A DNA stretch of 64,000 nt from Eledone cirrhosa (taxonomy: Eukaryota), in assembly GCA_964016885.1 (NCBI GenBank), contig OZ024743.1, positions 320,540,001-320,604,000 on the forward strand, written 5' to 3'. The notes under the pieces are model-generated. The model was not told the origin of the DNA. It did not search any database and saw nothing but the letters and a program-made list of their open reading frames with translations. This document shows positions 25,344 through 39,879 of the stretch, one piece after another. Position 1 is the stretch's first letter, and every line of letters starts with the position of its first letter. The position numbers were made by a program, and so were the translations under genes.

Positions 25344-26313
25344 TATTAAGGATACTATTTATGGTTATGTATATAATAAAACCTTTTATAGTTATATATT
25401 TTTTATATATAAACCCCAAATAGGGAAAGATAGTCATTCATAATAGAAGGTAATCATCCTGATATGGACACCTTTAGTACTTCTTAATAGACTACACTGT
25501 AATTTATAGATAAGTAACCTAATTTAGAAATTGGTTATAACCTCATATGATAGGGACTCATTTGAAACACCATTAATGTAATTTAGGATAATAAATTTAA
25601 CTATGAAAATCAGCTAGTTACCTCCCCTTACGCATTAACTCCCCTTAGTCACACACACACTTCCGGAATATAATAGAATGTCATCTCACACAACTAAAAC
25701 AACCTGATCTATTAAGAAACAAGATATGGTTTATAACTTGGTTCTCCAGACACTCAATGAATCATCGTGGATTGTGTGATAGTTCTGTAGTCTATATATT
25801 GCGTTTCATGGATTGTGTGAGTGGTGGTGTGTGCGAAGACAGTGGTGCTGTTTTGCCTATTTTATAATATGTTTTATAATATGTTTGATATTTTGGTGTT
25901 TCTCTACATTCGGGATTGTATATCATACAGGTGTATGCGAAAAAATGATTTAACAATACGGCCCACATGATACTATTGATTGCCTGCTTTAACTACCTGA
26001 TTCTACAAGTAACAATCTGCCGCACTCTAAACCTGTATAAATAAGACACGCGTGCATGCTACACGTGAGATTGTTTCATACACTGACTACTCTAAACATT
26101 CCTGTTGCTTTATCTTCATAAACTGCCAATGTTTTATTTTTATTTTTATTTTAATTTTTTATTTTTATTTTAATCCTTTAACCTTTATATGTAAATTGCC
26201 ATGCTATATCATTATGATAGATGTCAACCCACTGTGGGTCAATATATGCATAATGTTTTTATATCTCTCTTGTGTTGAAAAGGAGGTCAAGTATGTTATA
26301 GATCACTAAATAG

Positions 26314-26362
26314 TTGCTCCGAAGAATGCAAACCTCGGTTTGGAGGAAACAATTGTAAGCAA
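26314..26362 (+). ncRNA. Hammerhead-like motif with U4C core
   Basis: ttgct-CCGAAGA-atgcaaacc tc ggtttggag-GAAA-caattg-TA-agcaa. Confidence 0.62.
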
Positions 26363-26393
26363 ATAAATGATTTAAACTGAACTTTGATTTTTG

Positions 26394-26679
<286 letters not shown>

Positions 26680-26788
26680 ATATTTGCTCTACGGTTCGTA
26701 TATATTTGATATATATTTATCCTTATCGAGCCCTGTTTGAATTTTAGTCTTATTATTAATATACCCATACACACATATATACAAGCAT

Positions 26789-26864
<76 letters not shown>

Positions 26865-27104
26865 ATACACACATATATATATGGCAGCGATAATGAGGGA
26901 GAGAGCCCGCTGGAGAGAACTCTTCCATGGATCTCGGGAATTTTACCCGCCCTAGAATTAAATTATATATATATATATGTATGTGTGCGCACGCGCGTGT
27001 GTGTGTGTGTGTAGAGGTTATATTTAATTTGTCGGGATACAACAAGCAAAATATTTTTATAACTGATATAAAGCACTCAACAAATTATTGGAGTAAATAT
27101 ACAA

Positions 27105-30100
27105 TCATCATCATCATCATCATCGTTTAACGACCATGTCTTGGAGAGGTATAAGTGCGTGAGGTCGGAATTTATCAGCTCGTCCCAGCTTTTTTCTGGG
27201 TCTGCCTACTCCGTGGCTACCGTCTATCTTTATTGCCCTGCACTTTGTTATACAGCTGTCGTCTTTCTTGCGCATCACGTGACCATACCAACGTAGCCTT
27301 CTCTCGAGTAAACAACATCTGATCCCTCTTATTTCTAATTTTTTCCTTAGTTCGTTTATGCTTTGCCGTTCACGTATATTACTATTACACATCCCGCAGA
27401 GCATGCAAGCTTCGTTCCTCTCTAGTCTGCGTATATCCTCTGCACACAATGACCAGGTCTCACTGCCATGCAACATTGCTGTTCGTATGCAGGCATCATA
27501 CAACCTGTCTTTCATTTTTAGGGAGAACCCTTTAGCGGCTAATAGTGGTATAAGCTCTCTGAACTTTTTCCATCCAGTTCTGACTCTAGCTACTGTACTT
27601 TCAGAGCACCCTCCCCCACTGCTGATTTTGTCACCCAGGTAACAGAAGCTGTCCACTATTTCTATAGAACCCTCTGCGCAATTGAAAGAGCTAGTATTTT
27701 GTGGGCACTTGCTGCTACTTATTGCGCCAGAGCACCGGCCACATGTAAAATCTATGTTCTTAGTTAGCTTACCTGTGATCCCACTACATCTTTTATGCAC
27801 CCATACTTTGCATTTGGGACATAAAATGGAGTTTCTACCTACGCCTTTCCTACACACTGAGCATGGTCATTTCCCGGAAGGGACCGGCGCCTTATTTTCT
27901 TTCCTACAAACTAGAACTTTAGTCTTAGCCAGGTTAATTTTAAAGCCTTTTGATTCTAGGCTGTGCTTCCATGTTTGGAATTTCTTCTCTAGCTCGGCCA
28001 TTGATTCAGCTATGAGCGTTAGATCATCTGCGTATAGGAGTTTCCATGGGCAGCCGGTCTTGAACTCCTCTGTTATAGCCTGAAGGGCAATAATAAATAG
28101 TAGGGGGCTAAGAACAGAGCCCTGATGGACACCAAATTTTAAGCTAAACTCTTCACTATATTCGTTGTTAATTCTAACCTTGCTGACTGTTTCTTTATAC
28201 ATGGCTTGTATAGCTCTCACAAGCCATTCGTCAACACCTAGTTTTCTAAGAGCCCACCAGATAATGGAACGGGGGACTCTGTCGAAGGCTTTCTCCAAGT
28301 CGAAAAAAGCTAAGTATAGGGGATTACATTTAGCTAGGTACTTCTGTAGTTGTCGTACAATGAAAAGAGCGTCTGTGATACTTTTGCCTGAGACAAACCC
28401 GAACTGCATTTCATCCAGATCAATTCTCTCTCTGATTAGTTGCGCTATTACTTTTTCCGTGACCTTCATGACCTGGTCGATTAATTTAATGCCTCTATAG
28501 TTACTCCTATCTAGGGCGTCTCCTTTACCCTTGTAACAGTTAACGATGATGCTGCTACGCCAGTCCTTCGGAACAACCCCATTCTGTATGACTTGGTTTA
28601 CTATCCGGGTGACCATGGTGTGTCCCACCGTTCCAGAGGCTTTCAGCATCTCAGCAACTATTTCCGAAGGCCCAGCCGCCTTACCCGTCTTCATATCTTT
28701 GATTGCCTTACTTATTATACTACCTTCGACTAACACTGCTGGTCCCTCTATTGGGTCGATGTGGGGGAGACTGTCTTTCTCCCATTTTTTCTCCTCATTT
28801 AGTAGCCCTTCGTAGTGACACTTCCAAGCTACCTTCTTATCAGCGTCAGTGATGGCAAGTACGCCATCATCGTTAAGTACACACTTCTCCCCGACAATAT
28901 CATGGTTTTCCTTGACACATTGCCTAGCAATCCTGAACACCTCACGTTTTTGGTCCTCGCGTTGTAGAACATGCTTGAACTTTCTTTCCTCTGCTTCCCT
29001 TCTTGCGAAGTACACTTGTCTCCTAGCTTCCCTCCTGGCCACCTGATAGTATTCTCTACTTCCCCCATCCCGCCATACTTTCCAAGCCTGCTTTTTGGCC
29101 TCAATCGACTTCTCCACCTTACTGTTCCACCACCATGTTACTCTCCTCCTGCATATAGGCCTACTCCGGCCACAGACTTCGTCTACTGCCATCAACAGGT
29201 TTGCTTTCAGGAATTCCCACTGTTCCTCTATATTGTACGACTCTAAATGCTCTTCCTTACTGTCGAAAGCATCAAGTAATATGCTTTGAAATTTATTTCT
29301 GGCTGTGGGGTCCTTTAGCTTCCATATTTTTCTCCTGAGGATAGTCCTCTTCTGCTGTCGGGTACGTCTCGTCCTGACTATGAGGTCGCTAATTATCAGT
29401 CTATGTTGGGAGGTGCATTCTTCATGGGGGAGGGATTTAGTGTTTACAACAGACACTCTGTCACGTCTTCTGGTAAGGATATAATCTACCTGGCTGGAAT
29501 GTTCCCCTGATCTGTAGGTGATCAAGTGATTGTCTCGTTTTTTGAAGTTAGTGTTACAGATTGTTAGGTTATTTGCGTCACAGAATTCCAGGATTCTGAA
29601 GCCTTCCTCATTTCTAGTACCAAACCCATAGCCTCCGTGGATTCCATCATAGCCGTCACAATGTTGTCCAACGTGACCATTTAGGTCGCCAGTAATAATT
29701 ATATAGTCACTGTCGGTTATTTGGGATGTAGTGAGCATCAGTGTCTCATAGAAAGTGTCTTTTATAGCGCCAGGCAGTCCGGATTGGGGCGCGTACGCAG
29801 ATATTATCGTCACAGTAGTTCTATTTAGAACAAGTCTTATTTTAATTATTCTGTCGTTTACTCTATTTACGTCTATTATCTTATCCACCCATTTTTCTGC
29901 TAACATGATTCCTACCCCACCCAGCCCATTGTCATTTCCCACCCAGAAAAGCTTATAGCATCGTTTTTTACGCACAATGAATCTAGCGGACACGCCCCTC
30001 CACCTGGTCTCTTGGATACAGCAGACATCAACCTCCTTACGTTCAAGCATTTCTACAACCTCGTTAGAGCGGCCATTTAAGGTCCCTACATTCATGGTAC

Positions 30101-30237
30101 CAACTCTGAAGTTTTGGATTGCGTTTGGTGGGTGGGGTGCAGGGAGGGGTGAGGTGGATGGGGTTGGGGTTATGTTGGCCATCCGCGGCTGCAACAAAGA
30201 GGGTGGGGCCTTGCCCTTTCGTCCGGCAGTTGGAAAC
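27105..30237 (-). mobile_element. RTE-type LINE, near full-length ORF, (GAT)n 3' tail
   Basis: APE endonuclease + RT ORF; (atc)n at 27104-27124. Confidence 0.92.
27120..30197 (-). pseudogene. APE endonuclease-RT polyprotein with a Cys/His finger; one in-frame TGA
   Basis: QETRW, GDLNGH, VDYIL, FDLEKAFD, QGSVLSP, YADD; TGA at 27867-27869 in frame with the downstream CSVCRKG..CPKC..HKRC..CGRC; probable late frameshift near 27190. Confidence 0.92.
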
Positions 30238-30257
30238 TATATTTATAAAACCATATT

Positions 30258-30323
30258 TATTTCATTATACCTATTTCAATGGCCACTAGAGCAAACTATG
30301 GTGCGCTTTCATCAGATAAAATA
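30258..30323 (-). ncRNA. Type I hammerhead ribozyme
   Basis: tattttat-CTGATGA-aagcgcaccatag..ctagtggccatt-GAAA-taggta-TA-atgaaata (8-bp stem I). Confidence 0.72.
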
Positions 30324-31289
30324 TAATGTAGGTTAGTTTTATAAATAAATATTGACATACCCTTAAAAAATGCAACCATTCTGTTTGGAACCTCCTGGAT
30401 AGTGGAGTTATTATATTTATTGTCGGTTTATTATGCAAATTAGTGTTGGAAAGGTTTAAAAACAGCATATTTAAATTAAGCCGTTTGAATAGGGAAAAAA
30501 GAGAAAAGAAAGAGAAAAAAAAACGAAAAAAAGAAAGAGAGAAACCTGAGTATATTTTAGTGAGAGAGAATAGCGTAATTTTGAGAGAAGAGGCGAATAA
30601 ATAAATAAAGCGTGGATGAATACCGTAAGATGGATAAACAATAATAATAAACAATAACAGATACTAATAAAGATGGATAAACAATAATAAAGCTAAGTTG
30701 AAGTATTTATCTAATGTTTAATTAATAAATTTGATTAAATGTTTAATTAATTATTTATCAATTCAATCCGTAGTTTAAATGTTTAAATGTGTATGTTATA
30801 TTATTAAAGTTGAAACCTATATATTATTATTAAAGAATATATATTATTTAAAATATGTTATTATTACAAAACCATATATCATTTTATTATATATTATTAA
30901 TTAATTATTTTAAAAAATTTGTAAGTTTAAAATATCCGAATATTTCTAAGCTCATGGAATTTCCGAGAGTTTACCGAAGAATAATCCCTTATTTGTAATA
31001 GCAGTAGAGCGTAAAGCAATTTATTAATAATTTAGATAGCTCTAAGGATTAAATGTTATAAAGTTAAATGTTATAAAGTTAAGATGTTAAAAATTTTAAT
31101 TATCCATCTTAATGTTGTAATTAGAGTATGAATTTCATGTTATTTTATAACAAGTTATAAATTCATAACTCCAACCTGTCATACATTTATGACTGTTAAA
31201 AACATAAATTTGTTTGCTATAACGCGTTAAAATTTAAAAATTCATTCATTAGAATATATCCAAAGCATAAACCATAAAGAAATCTTTCA

Positions 31290-32965
31290 TAAGAGTACAT
31301 CTGTCTTAGCTAGGTTCACTCTCAATCCACTTGCTTCCAACTGCTGTTTCCATAGCCTGAATTTATTCTCTAGCTCCTCTACTCATTCTTCTATAAGAAC
31401 CAGATCGTCAGCATAGAGAGGTTCCCATGGACAGCCAGTCTTAAACTACTCTGTTATGGCTTGGAGGACTATAATAAACAAGAGCGGTCTGAGGACCGAA
31501 CTTTGATGATCTCCTACTTGTATCTGGAATTCCTCACTAAACTCCATTCCTACCCTGACTTTACTGACAGCACCTCTGTACAAAGTTTGCACTGTCCTCA
31601 CAAGCCATTCCTCAACATCTAGTTTCCTTAGGGACCACCAGATGACAAATGAGGATGCCCTATCAAAGGCCTTCTCTAGGTCAACAAAGGCTAAGTATAG
31701 TGGCTTATTCTTCTTTAAGAACATCTTTTGTAATTGTCTCACCAAGAAGAGGGCATCTGTTGTGTTTAGTTTAGTGCCTACGTACCCTGACGCCTTCAGC
31801 GGCTCAACAACTATCCCTGACGGTCCAGCAGCCTTACCATCTTTCATTTCCTTAATCGCCTCTTGGACCCTATATTCGTCAATCCCAATAGCTGGTCCCT
31901 TTGTTGGATCTACTGAGGGTAATTTCTCTCTCTCCCATTCGTTCTCCACATTCATCAGTCTCTCATAATGACATTTCCAGGCCTCCTTTTTCTGATCATT
32001 CGCGATACTAAATACACCGGCATCATTCCGGACACATTTTTCTCCAACAACATCCTGATTTGCATTGACACACTGCCTTGCAATGTGGAACACCGCACGC
32101 CTCTGATCTTCTCGTCGCAGAATATTGGCAAACCCCCTATTCTTAGCCTCCCTGCGTGCTAAGTACACCTGACGTCTAGCTTCTCTCTTAGCGGCTGTAT
32201 ATCCTTATCTTCTCCCACCCTTTTCCCAAGCCTTCCATGCTAGTCTTTTTGTCTCTAATGGCCTTATCTACTGTGATGTTCCACCACCAGGTCACTCTCT
32301 GTCTGGTTGGAGCTCTTTCATCAGTAGCCTGCAGTAAGTTGTCACGTAAGAAATTCCAGTTATTATCTATGTCATACGTCTCTAAATCGTCTTCTTTTTC
32401 GTCATACACATCTTGAAGGGCTTTCCTAAATTTGTATTTTAGTGAAAGGTCTTTTAGCTTCCAGACTTTTCTTCTCCACACCTTTCTGTATGTCTCATTC
32501 CATCTCTTTCTTACTGAGATATCACTAACGACTAACCTATGCTGTGTGGTACATTCTTCCCCAGGGTATGCCTTGGTATTTGACAGCATCTGCCTGTCCC
32601 GCTGCTTTACTAGTAACAAGTCAATCTGGCTTATATTCTCGCCTGATTTGTAGGTTATTAGGTGGTTGGCAGGTGTCTGGAAGTTAGTGTTGCAAATGGT
32701 TAGTTCACTTGCATCACAAAATTCAAGAAGTCTCACTCCTTCTTCAGTTCTTGAGCCGTAACCGTGCCCACCATGTACTGCAGTGCAACCATTCTGGAGC
32801 TGTCCAACATGACCATTGAAGTCCCCTGCTAGCATAACGATGTTTCCGTCCTCTGTCATTGAGGTTATTTGCCTAGGCTTGCTTGGGGAGCATAAGCAGA
32901 GATGATTGTCAGTAGTCTCCTGCCTACAACTAATCTAAGCTTAATTATTCGATTACTAACTCGAA
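31290..32965 (-). pseudogene. Second, older RTE LINE fragment (APE-RT)
   Basis: GDFNGHVG, QIDLLL, DLEKAFD, YADD-region remnants; homologous to 27120-30197, with internal deletions. Confidence 0.88.
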
Positions 32966-32974
32966 CAACCTCTG

Positions 32975-33115
<141 letters not shown>

Positions 33116-33116
33116 G

Positions 33117-33149
<33 letters not shown>

Positions 33150-33150
33150 G

Positions 33151-33183
<33 letters not shown>

Positions 33184-33404
33184 AGTATATATGTTTTTGT
33201 ATATATGTGTATATATGTGTGTATGGATTTACGTATATTTTTATATGTATGCGTGTGTTGATTTTTATTGCGTGCGTGTGTGCGCCCGCGTATGTGTACG
33301 TATGTACGTAGGTTATGTACCTTTAATATACATCTATCTAATTTATTTACATTTTTTTGTATGTGTATGTATGTGGCTGTGTGTGTACATGTATGTATGT
33401 ATGT

Positions 33405-33440
<36 letters not shown>

Positions 33441-33556
33441 ATATATGTATATATATATGTATGCATATATATATATGTGTGTGTATGTATATTTATTTCA
33501 TATATATATACATATATGCGTGTTGGTTTGTATGTCTGTATAGGTATATATACATG

Positions 33557-33649
<93 letters not shown>

Positions 33650-33669
33650 ATGTATATATATATATATAT

Positions 33670-36080
33670 ATGCGTTAAAATATGCGGACATCACTAGTGA
33701 ACAAATAAACATCATTCTCACCGCTAGGAAAACCATCTTGGAATTTAACAATGAATACTGGACAAGAGCGGATACTTCCAACAATTTCGACATCACCATG
33801 GGTTCGACGGATTAAGCTCAACTGACCGACTTAGTTGGAATTTTCATCTTGAATTCTTTAAACCGGAAAATTCCTCAACTTCGTGGTGGGATTTATCGTG
33901 ATGATGCTCTTTTTACTGTCTCTAACTGTAACAATGTAAACTTCAATATAATTAAGAAAAATATACTTGATGTATTTAAGCATCTTAACTTAAAAATTGA
34001 ATTCGAGAATAATGTTAAACTAGCAAATTCACTTGATATATCCCTTAATTTAGATACCGGCCTATATTACCCATATCATAAGGATAATGAGAACTTAAAT
34101 TACGTTAACTTTAAATCTAACCACCCTATTAATGTTAAAACTGCTATAGTCAAAAGTGTAGAAAAAAGAATTTCTAATTTACCCTCTAATAAAGATATCT
34201 TCAAAGCTAATGCCAACTATTATAATAATGTCTTATCTAGGGCTGGATATATAGACAAAATTAGGTATACTAAACATCTTAACCCTGGTAGAGCTTATAA
34301 TACCTCTAGTAATGCAGCTAGTAATAATCACACTGCTAACAAAAGAAGGAGACCTACATATAAAAGTATCATTTGGTACAACGCTCCCTTCTGTCTTTCC
34401 GTTATTAATAATATCCCTAAATTATTTTTTAGGGCTTTACGTAACAGCTTCCCTACTTAACATATATATAGCAAGATTTTCAATAGGCATACTATTAAAT
34501 TCTCGTGTTCTACTACTTCGAACATTTCCAAAATTATCTCAAGACGTAATTCTAAAATATTAAATAATACTCATATGCATCCAACCATGAAAGTCATAAT
34601 AATAACACTATAAGGGCCGACGTCAATGTAAACTATAGGCAAAATAACACAAGTATAAATACGACGCCAAACGTAATTTTGAGGAATGCATCAAATAGTA
34701 ATGTAAGTCTGGAAACTTTAGCACCTCCTTTAGTTAATTCCACCACTCCAGTTCCTAATATAATTAATCCTGGGCCACTTTCAAATGACTCTGTAAATAA
34801 TATTAATCGTAAATGCAAATGCCCTATTAGAACTAATTGTCCACTTAGTAATTTCTGTCTCGATAAAAACCTAGTAAAGTGGTAACTAGTACCAACCCCT
34901 ATACCTACATTGGCTCTACGTCTACCTCCTTTAAAGCAAGATTCTATAATCATTCTTCTACATTTAAATCTCCACTTAAAAGGACCAGCACCGCATTCTC
35001 AGAACTTATTTGATCCTTAAAAGACAAAAACATAAATTACAAAATTTCTTGGCGTAAAGTCTACAACGCATCTTCATACTCCAATGCTTCCATATCTAGT
35101 GTTTGTAATTTATGTCTCGTTGAAAAATTTACCATTATCTCCAATTTCAACACAATAATAAATCGAAGAACCGATTTATTTGGACTTTGTAACCATAAAT
35201 CCTACAAGACCTTTCACAAAGTATACAGCTGATGTCCTTTAACATATGCCATGTGTCATGGTTATCTTTACACATCTTTCATTATATTCTACAATGTATG
35301 AATTTGGTTTGATCTTTTTTTCTATAGCCTCAGATTTTCGCTCAAACCTTCGTAGATTTTGTAAACAAATTATGACGTTATATGTTTTTCTACGTTTATA
35401 AATCTTTCTGGCAATTTCCTTTATTTACTTGTTGATATAAAATAAAAATTAAATAGTATACCCCACATATATATATTTTTTACTAGAAATTATTAATTTT
35501 GGCATAGAGAGACGATTTTTATTTCTATTTTATTTTATGAAAATCCCTTTTTTTATATTTGTTTTATTTTATTTTATTTTATTAATACATTTTTACACTT
35601 CTTAATCCAATTTTTAGTATTTAAACCCAATATAAAATAATATACCCAGTTTCTATATTTAGGCCCCTAACATTTGAATACCGTCTATAATATTCGCACA
35701 TATTTACTTTTTAACCGCTATTTCCAGCTGTTTCCATTTTAACAGCGTTCCTGATCAAAATATATATCTCTCTCTCTCTTTCTCTTTCTTCCTTTTTTCT
35801 TCTTATTTTCCTTTCTTTTCTTCTCTTCCTTTTCCTTTTTCTCCTCTTCTTTCCTTTCTTCTATTTTCCTATCTATTTCTTACTATAGTTTTAGTACATA
35901 TATTTCTGTCATATGTAGACTTATCACTTTCCTGTAAACAAGTGCTATTATGTCTCTTATCATGTTACCTTATTTTATCTGATGAGAACACAATTTTTGT
36001 CCCAGGATAATTTTGTATTGGAAATACGCATAGTAAAATATATGGAACTCTTTTAACCATCTTTTAATTCCTCTTTATTA
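33670..36080 (+). mobile_element. 5'-truncated Naiad-like Penelope element with 3' HHR
   Basis: [45 protein letters not shown]; clearly homologous to 1188-3903. Confidence 0.9.
35971..36040 (+). ncRNA. Hammerhead ribozyme at the PLE 3' end
   Basis: tattttat-CTGATGA-gaacacaa..ttgtattg-GAAA-tacgca-TA-gtaaaata. Confidence 0.72.
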
Positions 36081-36371
36081 TATGTATATATATATCTGTA
36101 TATATGCATATCGTGTGTATTTGTTTATTTTTAAGTTGTTTTTATTTATCCCCCCCTCCCCCACACACTCACACCTTTCGTTGTCAACACGTTCCCTTTT
36201 TGATTTTATTTTGATTTTGATTTTGATTTTGAATTTCTCACATATATATATATATATTTTATTTTTTATTTTTTGTTCTTATTTATTTAGTTAGTTATTT
36301 CTGTTTCTACACTACTTCCAAATTACTCGCACATATTGATACGTGCTAGTGCATGTATGTGTATGTATGTG

Positions 36372-36448
<77 letters not shown>

Positions 36449-36889
36449 ACGTATGTATATATATATATATATATCTATGTATATGTGTATGAGTGTGTGT
36501 GTATGCTTGTATATATGTGTGTATGGGTATGTATGCGTACGTGTGTGTGTGTGTGTATATATATATATAGATATAGATATATGTGTGTATGTGTATATAC
36601 ACGTTCGTATAGAGCTTTTTGTTCATGTGTTTTTGTGTTTGTATGTATGTTTATATGTGTGTGTACTCTCCCTTTTTATATGTGTATTTGTGTGTACATT
36701 TTTGAGTGCATATATATCTGTGTATATATTTGTGTATGTATGTTTATGTTCTGCATATTTATTTTTTTATATATATTTTTTATATTTTTTCCCCTATTTC
36801 CTTTTTGCCCGTTTTGTTTTTCAGGCTCACTTTCATATTTCCTAAATTTTGTTTCAAATCCATATTTAATAGAAACACCATGTTATTTA

Positions 36890-36950
36890 TTCATTCTGAC
36901 GACTGAAGACAGACACAACAACTGCCTTTAAGAAACCACTGGTATATGAA
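36890..36950 (+). ncRNA. Type I hammerhead ribozyme, family of 12065
   Basis: ttcatt-CTGACGA-ctgaagacag..ctgcctttaa-GAAA-ccactgg-TA-tatgaa. Confidence 0.7.
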
Positions 36951-37094
36951 ATAATTATCTTATGTTGTTTATTACATAACTTATATATATATATATATAT
37001 TTTGAGTTTATGTTGGTTGTATACCAACACCTCAGTATGCAGGCTGGAGCACTCGACGAAGTGCGCAGGTTGGTTTGGTTACTCCGGAGTAGTG

Positions 37095-37460
37095 TAAAAT
37101 AAAGTTAAATAAAAGTCAAATGATTAAAATTTAGCTTCGTTTATTACTGCTATATATATTTCAGTGACAGCCATCTTTGGCTGTGACCTCTTCAGGCAGT
37201 TTGAATTAGTATGGTATAGACAAGTACATATGTTGTTTAGGTGTATGATATTGTCAATACTCTGATATGCCCAGTTCCTTGCTGGGTTGTTAATTCACTG
37301 GGGAACTGGAGTCATATGACTCTAAACAACATATGTACTTGTCTATACCATACTAATTAAAACTGCCTGAAGAGGTCACAGCCAAAGATGGCTGTCACTG
37401 AAATATATATAGCAGTAATAAACGAAGCTAAATTTTAATCATTTGACTTTTATTTAACTT

Positions 37461-37467
<7 letters not shown>
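37095..37467. repeat. Foldback element with two canonical HHRs in opposite orientation
   Basis: 37095-37240 is inverted relative to 37322-37467; HHRs at 37146-37200(-) and 37362-37416(+). Confidence 0.9.
37362..37416 (+). ncRNA. Type I hammerhead ribozyme
   Basis: actgc-CTGAAGA-ggtcacagcca aaga tggctgtcact-GAAA-tatata-TA-gcagt. Confidence 0.85.
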
Positions 37468-37524
<57 letters not shown>

Positions 37525-37666
37525 CCAAAGATTAATATGGTTCATTGATTACTGAATGAATATAGTTTTACAATAGATTAAAAGCACTCTACAAGGACGT
37601 TTCTGAAGTTATTTATATTATTCAAAATATTAATAAATGAAGACGTTCACATAATCAAAATATATG

Positions 37667-37727
37667 TTTTATTATATATATTTCGGGGGTACTGTCTGTT
37701 TTTTCAGTACGTCCTCGTCAGATAAAA
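37667..37727 (-). ncRNA. Type I hammerhead ribozyme
   Basis: ttttat-CTGACGA-ggacgtactg..cagtaccccc-GAAA-tatata-TA-ataaaa. Confidence 0.78.
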
Positions 37728-38426
37728 TACATGAATTGATGTGTGACATACTTCAACTGTCTTGATGGTTCAATTCCAGTATTGGCAGACTGAAGTTTTA
37801 TAAGGTTACAAGTATTGCATTCAAGGTTAGTTTTCGATAAACATTGAATAAGATATGCTTCGATTTATTAGGTTTTATAATTATTATTATATTATTTATA
37901 TTGTAAATACACAACTTACATCAGATTTCAGAGCATCATATAATTGGTTAAGTGGTTAAAGAGCATTTATAGAGATTATGAAAGGTTTTGGAAAATTTAT
38001 GCAAACAAGAATTAAATATTCTTTCTTTTTGTCAATAATATTACCAGGATTGGTAATTATATGAAAGATTTCTTCGGTACAAAGCTGACAAATTTTCGAA
38101 ATTGAAGAATTTTGGTATACTGGACCAACCTGATTTTATTCAAAGAGATTGAATACTTAATGTTATTGTCTTTTAAAGACCAAATTAGTTGAGACAGTGA
38201 AGTTGAGAATTTCTTATCAGGGCGTTCGAAAGTATCTTTGTGATTATATCAGCGTCTTTAAATTTTCATTAAGTGGCACCTATATAATTATACAGTTTAT
38301 CGTTAGTTTTCATCGTGCATTTATATACTAAATTAGTATCTAAGCAATGAGTGGGCATGAGATATTATTTCTGCAATTACATTTTCTCATATTATTTGAA
38401 GATGTAGTATCATTATTAAGGTATAC

Positions 38427-38606
38427 AGCGGTGGATTGGCAGTAGAAGATCGGACGCCATGTTTTGACGCATAGGGTTACGGCCCTTGCCATTCTGAGTT
38501 CAAATCCCGCCGTGGTTAACTTTGCCTTTCATCATTACGGGGTCGATAAAATAAAGTACCAGTAATGTACTGGGTATGTACTGGCCTTGTGCCAAAAGTA
38601 GAAACA
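38427..38606 (+). mobile_element. tRNA-derived SINE with 15-bp TSD
   Basis: A-box-like tggcagtag, B-box gagttcaaatccc, conserved core; TSD attattaaggtatac at 38412-38426 and 38607-38621. Confidence 0.85.
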
Positions 38607-39094
38607 ATTATTAAGGTATACGTTATTATTATAGCTAATGTTATTAATTATATTATTATTGCTATTTTGGTTTATTTCAGTTTGGTTTATTTTTATATTT
38701 CTATTATTAATTTTTGCTATATTCTGGGTTAGATTCATAGTAAGAGAGCTTGAATGTATGTCTGTTAAAAATGGAATGGTATTTGTGGGATTTAGGAAAA
38801 CATTCATCTAGAGCCCTAAAGAATTGGTGTGTTAAAGATGTCTTAATTCCTAAAGATATTGGAGGTGAATATCAAATTATAGAAAGGGTTCTGGCTTTCT
38901 GATATGGTTTACTATTTTGGTTAGGTGGTTTATTTTCGTTTTTTTACAATATACTTTAGCATGTGGGTTTTTAATATTTCTGTCTATATAGTTCAATGTA
39001 TTAGTGTATCCAGCTCAGTGTAAAGCGTCGTTATAGTATTCAGCTTTGTTATCAAATATATTTTTATTAGCTGAGACTCTAGAAACTCTTTCTA

Positions 39095-39878
39095 GACGTG
39101 GCAACAAAGCCACAATTCAATTCTTGGATGACCAAAACGGGTACATGTTACTCGAACCCGAGCAGATGTGTGAGGCTTTTCAGCAGCGCTTTGCTCAACT
39201 GTTTGGGAGCGGCGGCGGGCCGGATCGGAGTATGAACTTCACTGCATACGCCGAGGGACTGCCGCAGCCTCGACGACCGCAGTGCAGTATTGAGAAAAGC
39301 CGATAACAGCAGGTGAAATACGGGAAGCGATGTCTGACTGCCCGAGGGGTGGATGGTCTGCCCTACGAGCTTTATGCGTACATGCCAGACTTGTTCGGCG
39401 ACCTCATTGTAGACGTCTACAGCAACTGGCAGCAGAACGGGAGCATTCCCAGTTTTGTGAGCCGCGAATCGGCGGCGCTGTTGAGAAAAGACCCGAACAA
39501 AGGGGATGTTATAGACAACTTCAGATTTCAAGATTTCAAGAATTTTAGCCAAGGTGTTGGCAACGAGATTGGCGCATGTCGTCGGTAATCTGGTAGGAAA
39601 TGCACAGACATGCGCCATTCCACACATATCTATCCACGACAACCTCCACCACATGCGATACATCATAGAGAGGGTGGTTAAGGAACCTGGCACGGGTGGG
39701 GCCCTGATCAACTTAGATCAATCTAAGGGTCGACCATCGGTACCTGGCGGCGGTCCTCCATGCGACTGGTTTCGTGCCCATTTTCAGGGGTTGGATCGCT
39801 GCGATGCACAGCGACATCTGCTCAGTTGTGAAGGTGAACGGTCATGTCACAGCCGTTCAGTATCATGCGCTCGGTCCT
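39095..39878 (+). pseudogene. Tx1/L1-clade RT fragment
   Basis: GVDGLPYELY, LLRKDPNKG..DNFR, LATRL..QTCAIP..IHDNL, GALINLDQSK. Confidence 0.75.
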
Positions 39879-39879
39879 A

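Larger units (their letters stand above)
37540..39095 (-). mobile_element. Decayed third Naiad-like PLE fragment, interrupted by a SINE
   Basis: Minus-strand remnants RVSANKNIFDNKAEYYNDAL, YNYIGAT, STSLSQLIWSLKD, ICQLCTEE; HHR at the 3' end. Confidence 0.75.

Noticed and set aside
27867-27869. Selenocysteine or alternative genetic code for the TGA in the RTE ORF
   Set aside because: Falls at an expected Trp position, one step from TGG; a TAG also replaces Trp at ~47180, consistent with ordinary decay
27358-30336. Plus-strand ORFs overlapping the RTE (and those antisense to the PLE ORF)
   Set aside because: Shadow frames of the retroelement coding strand
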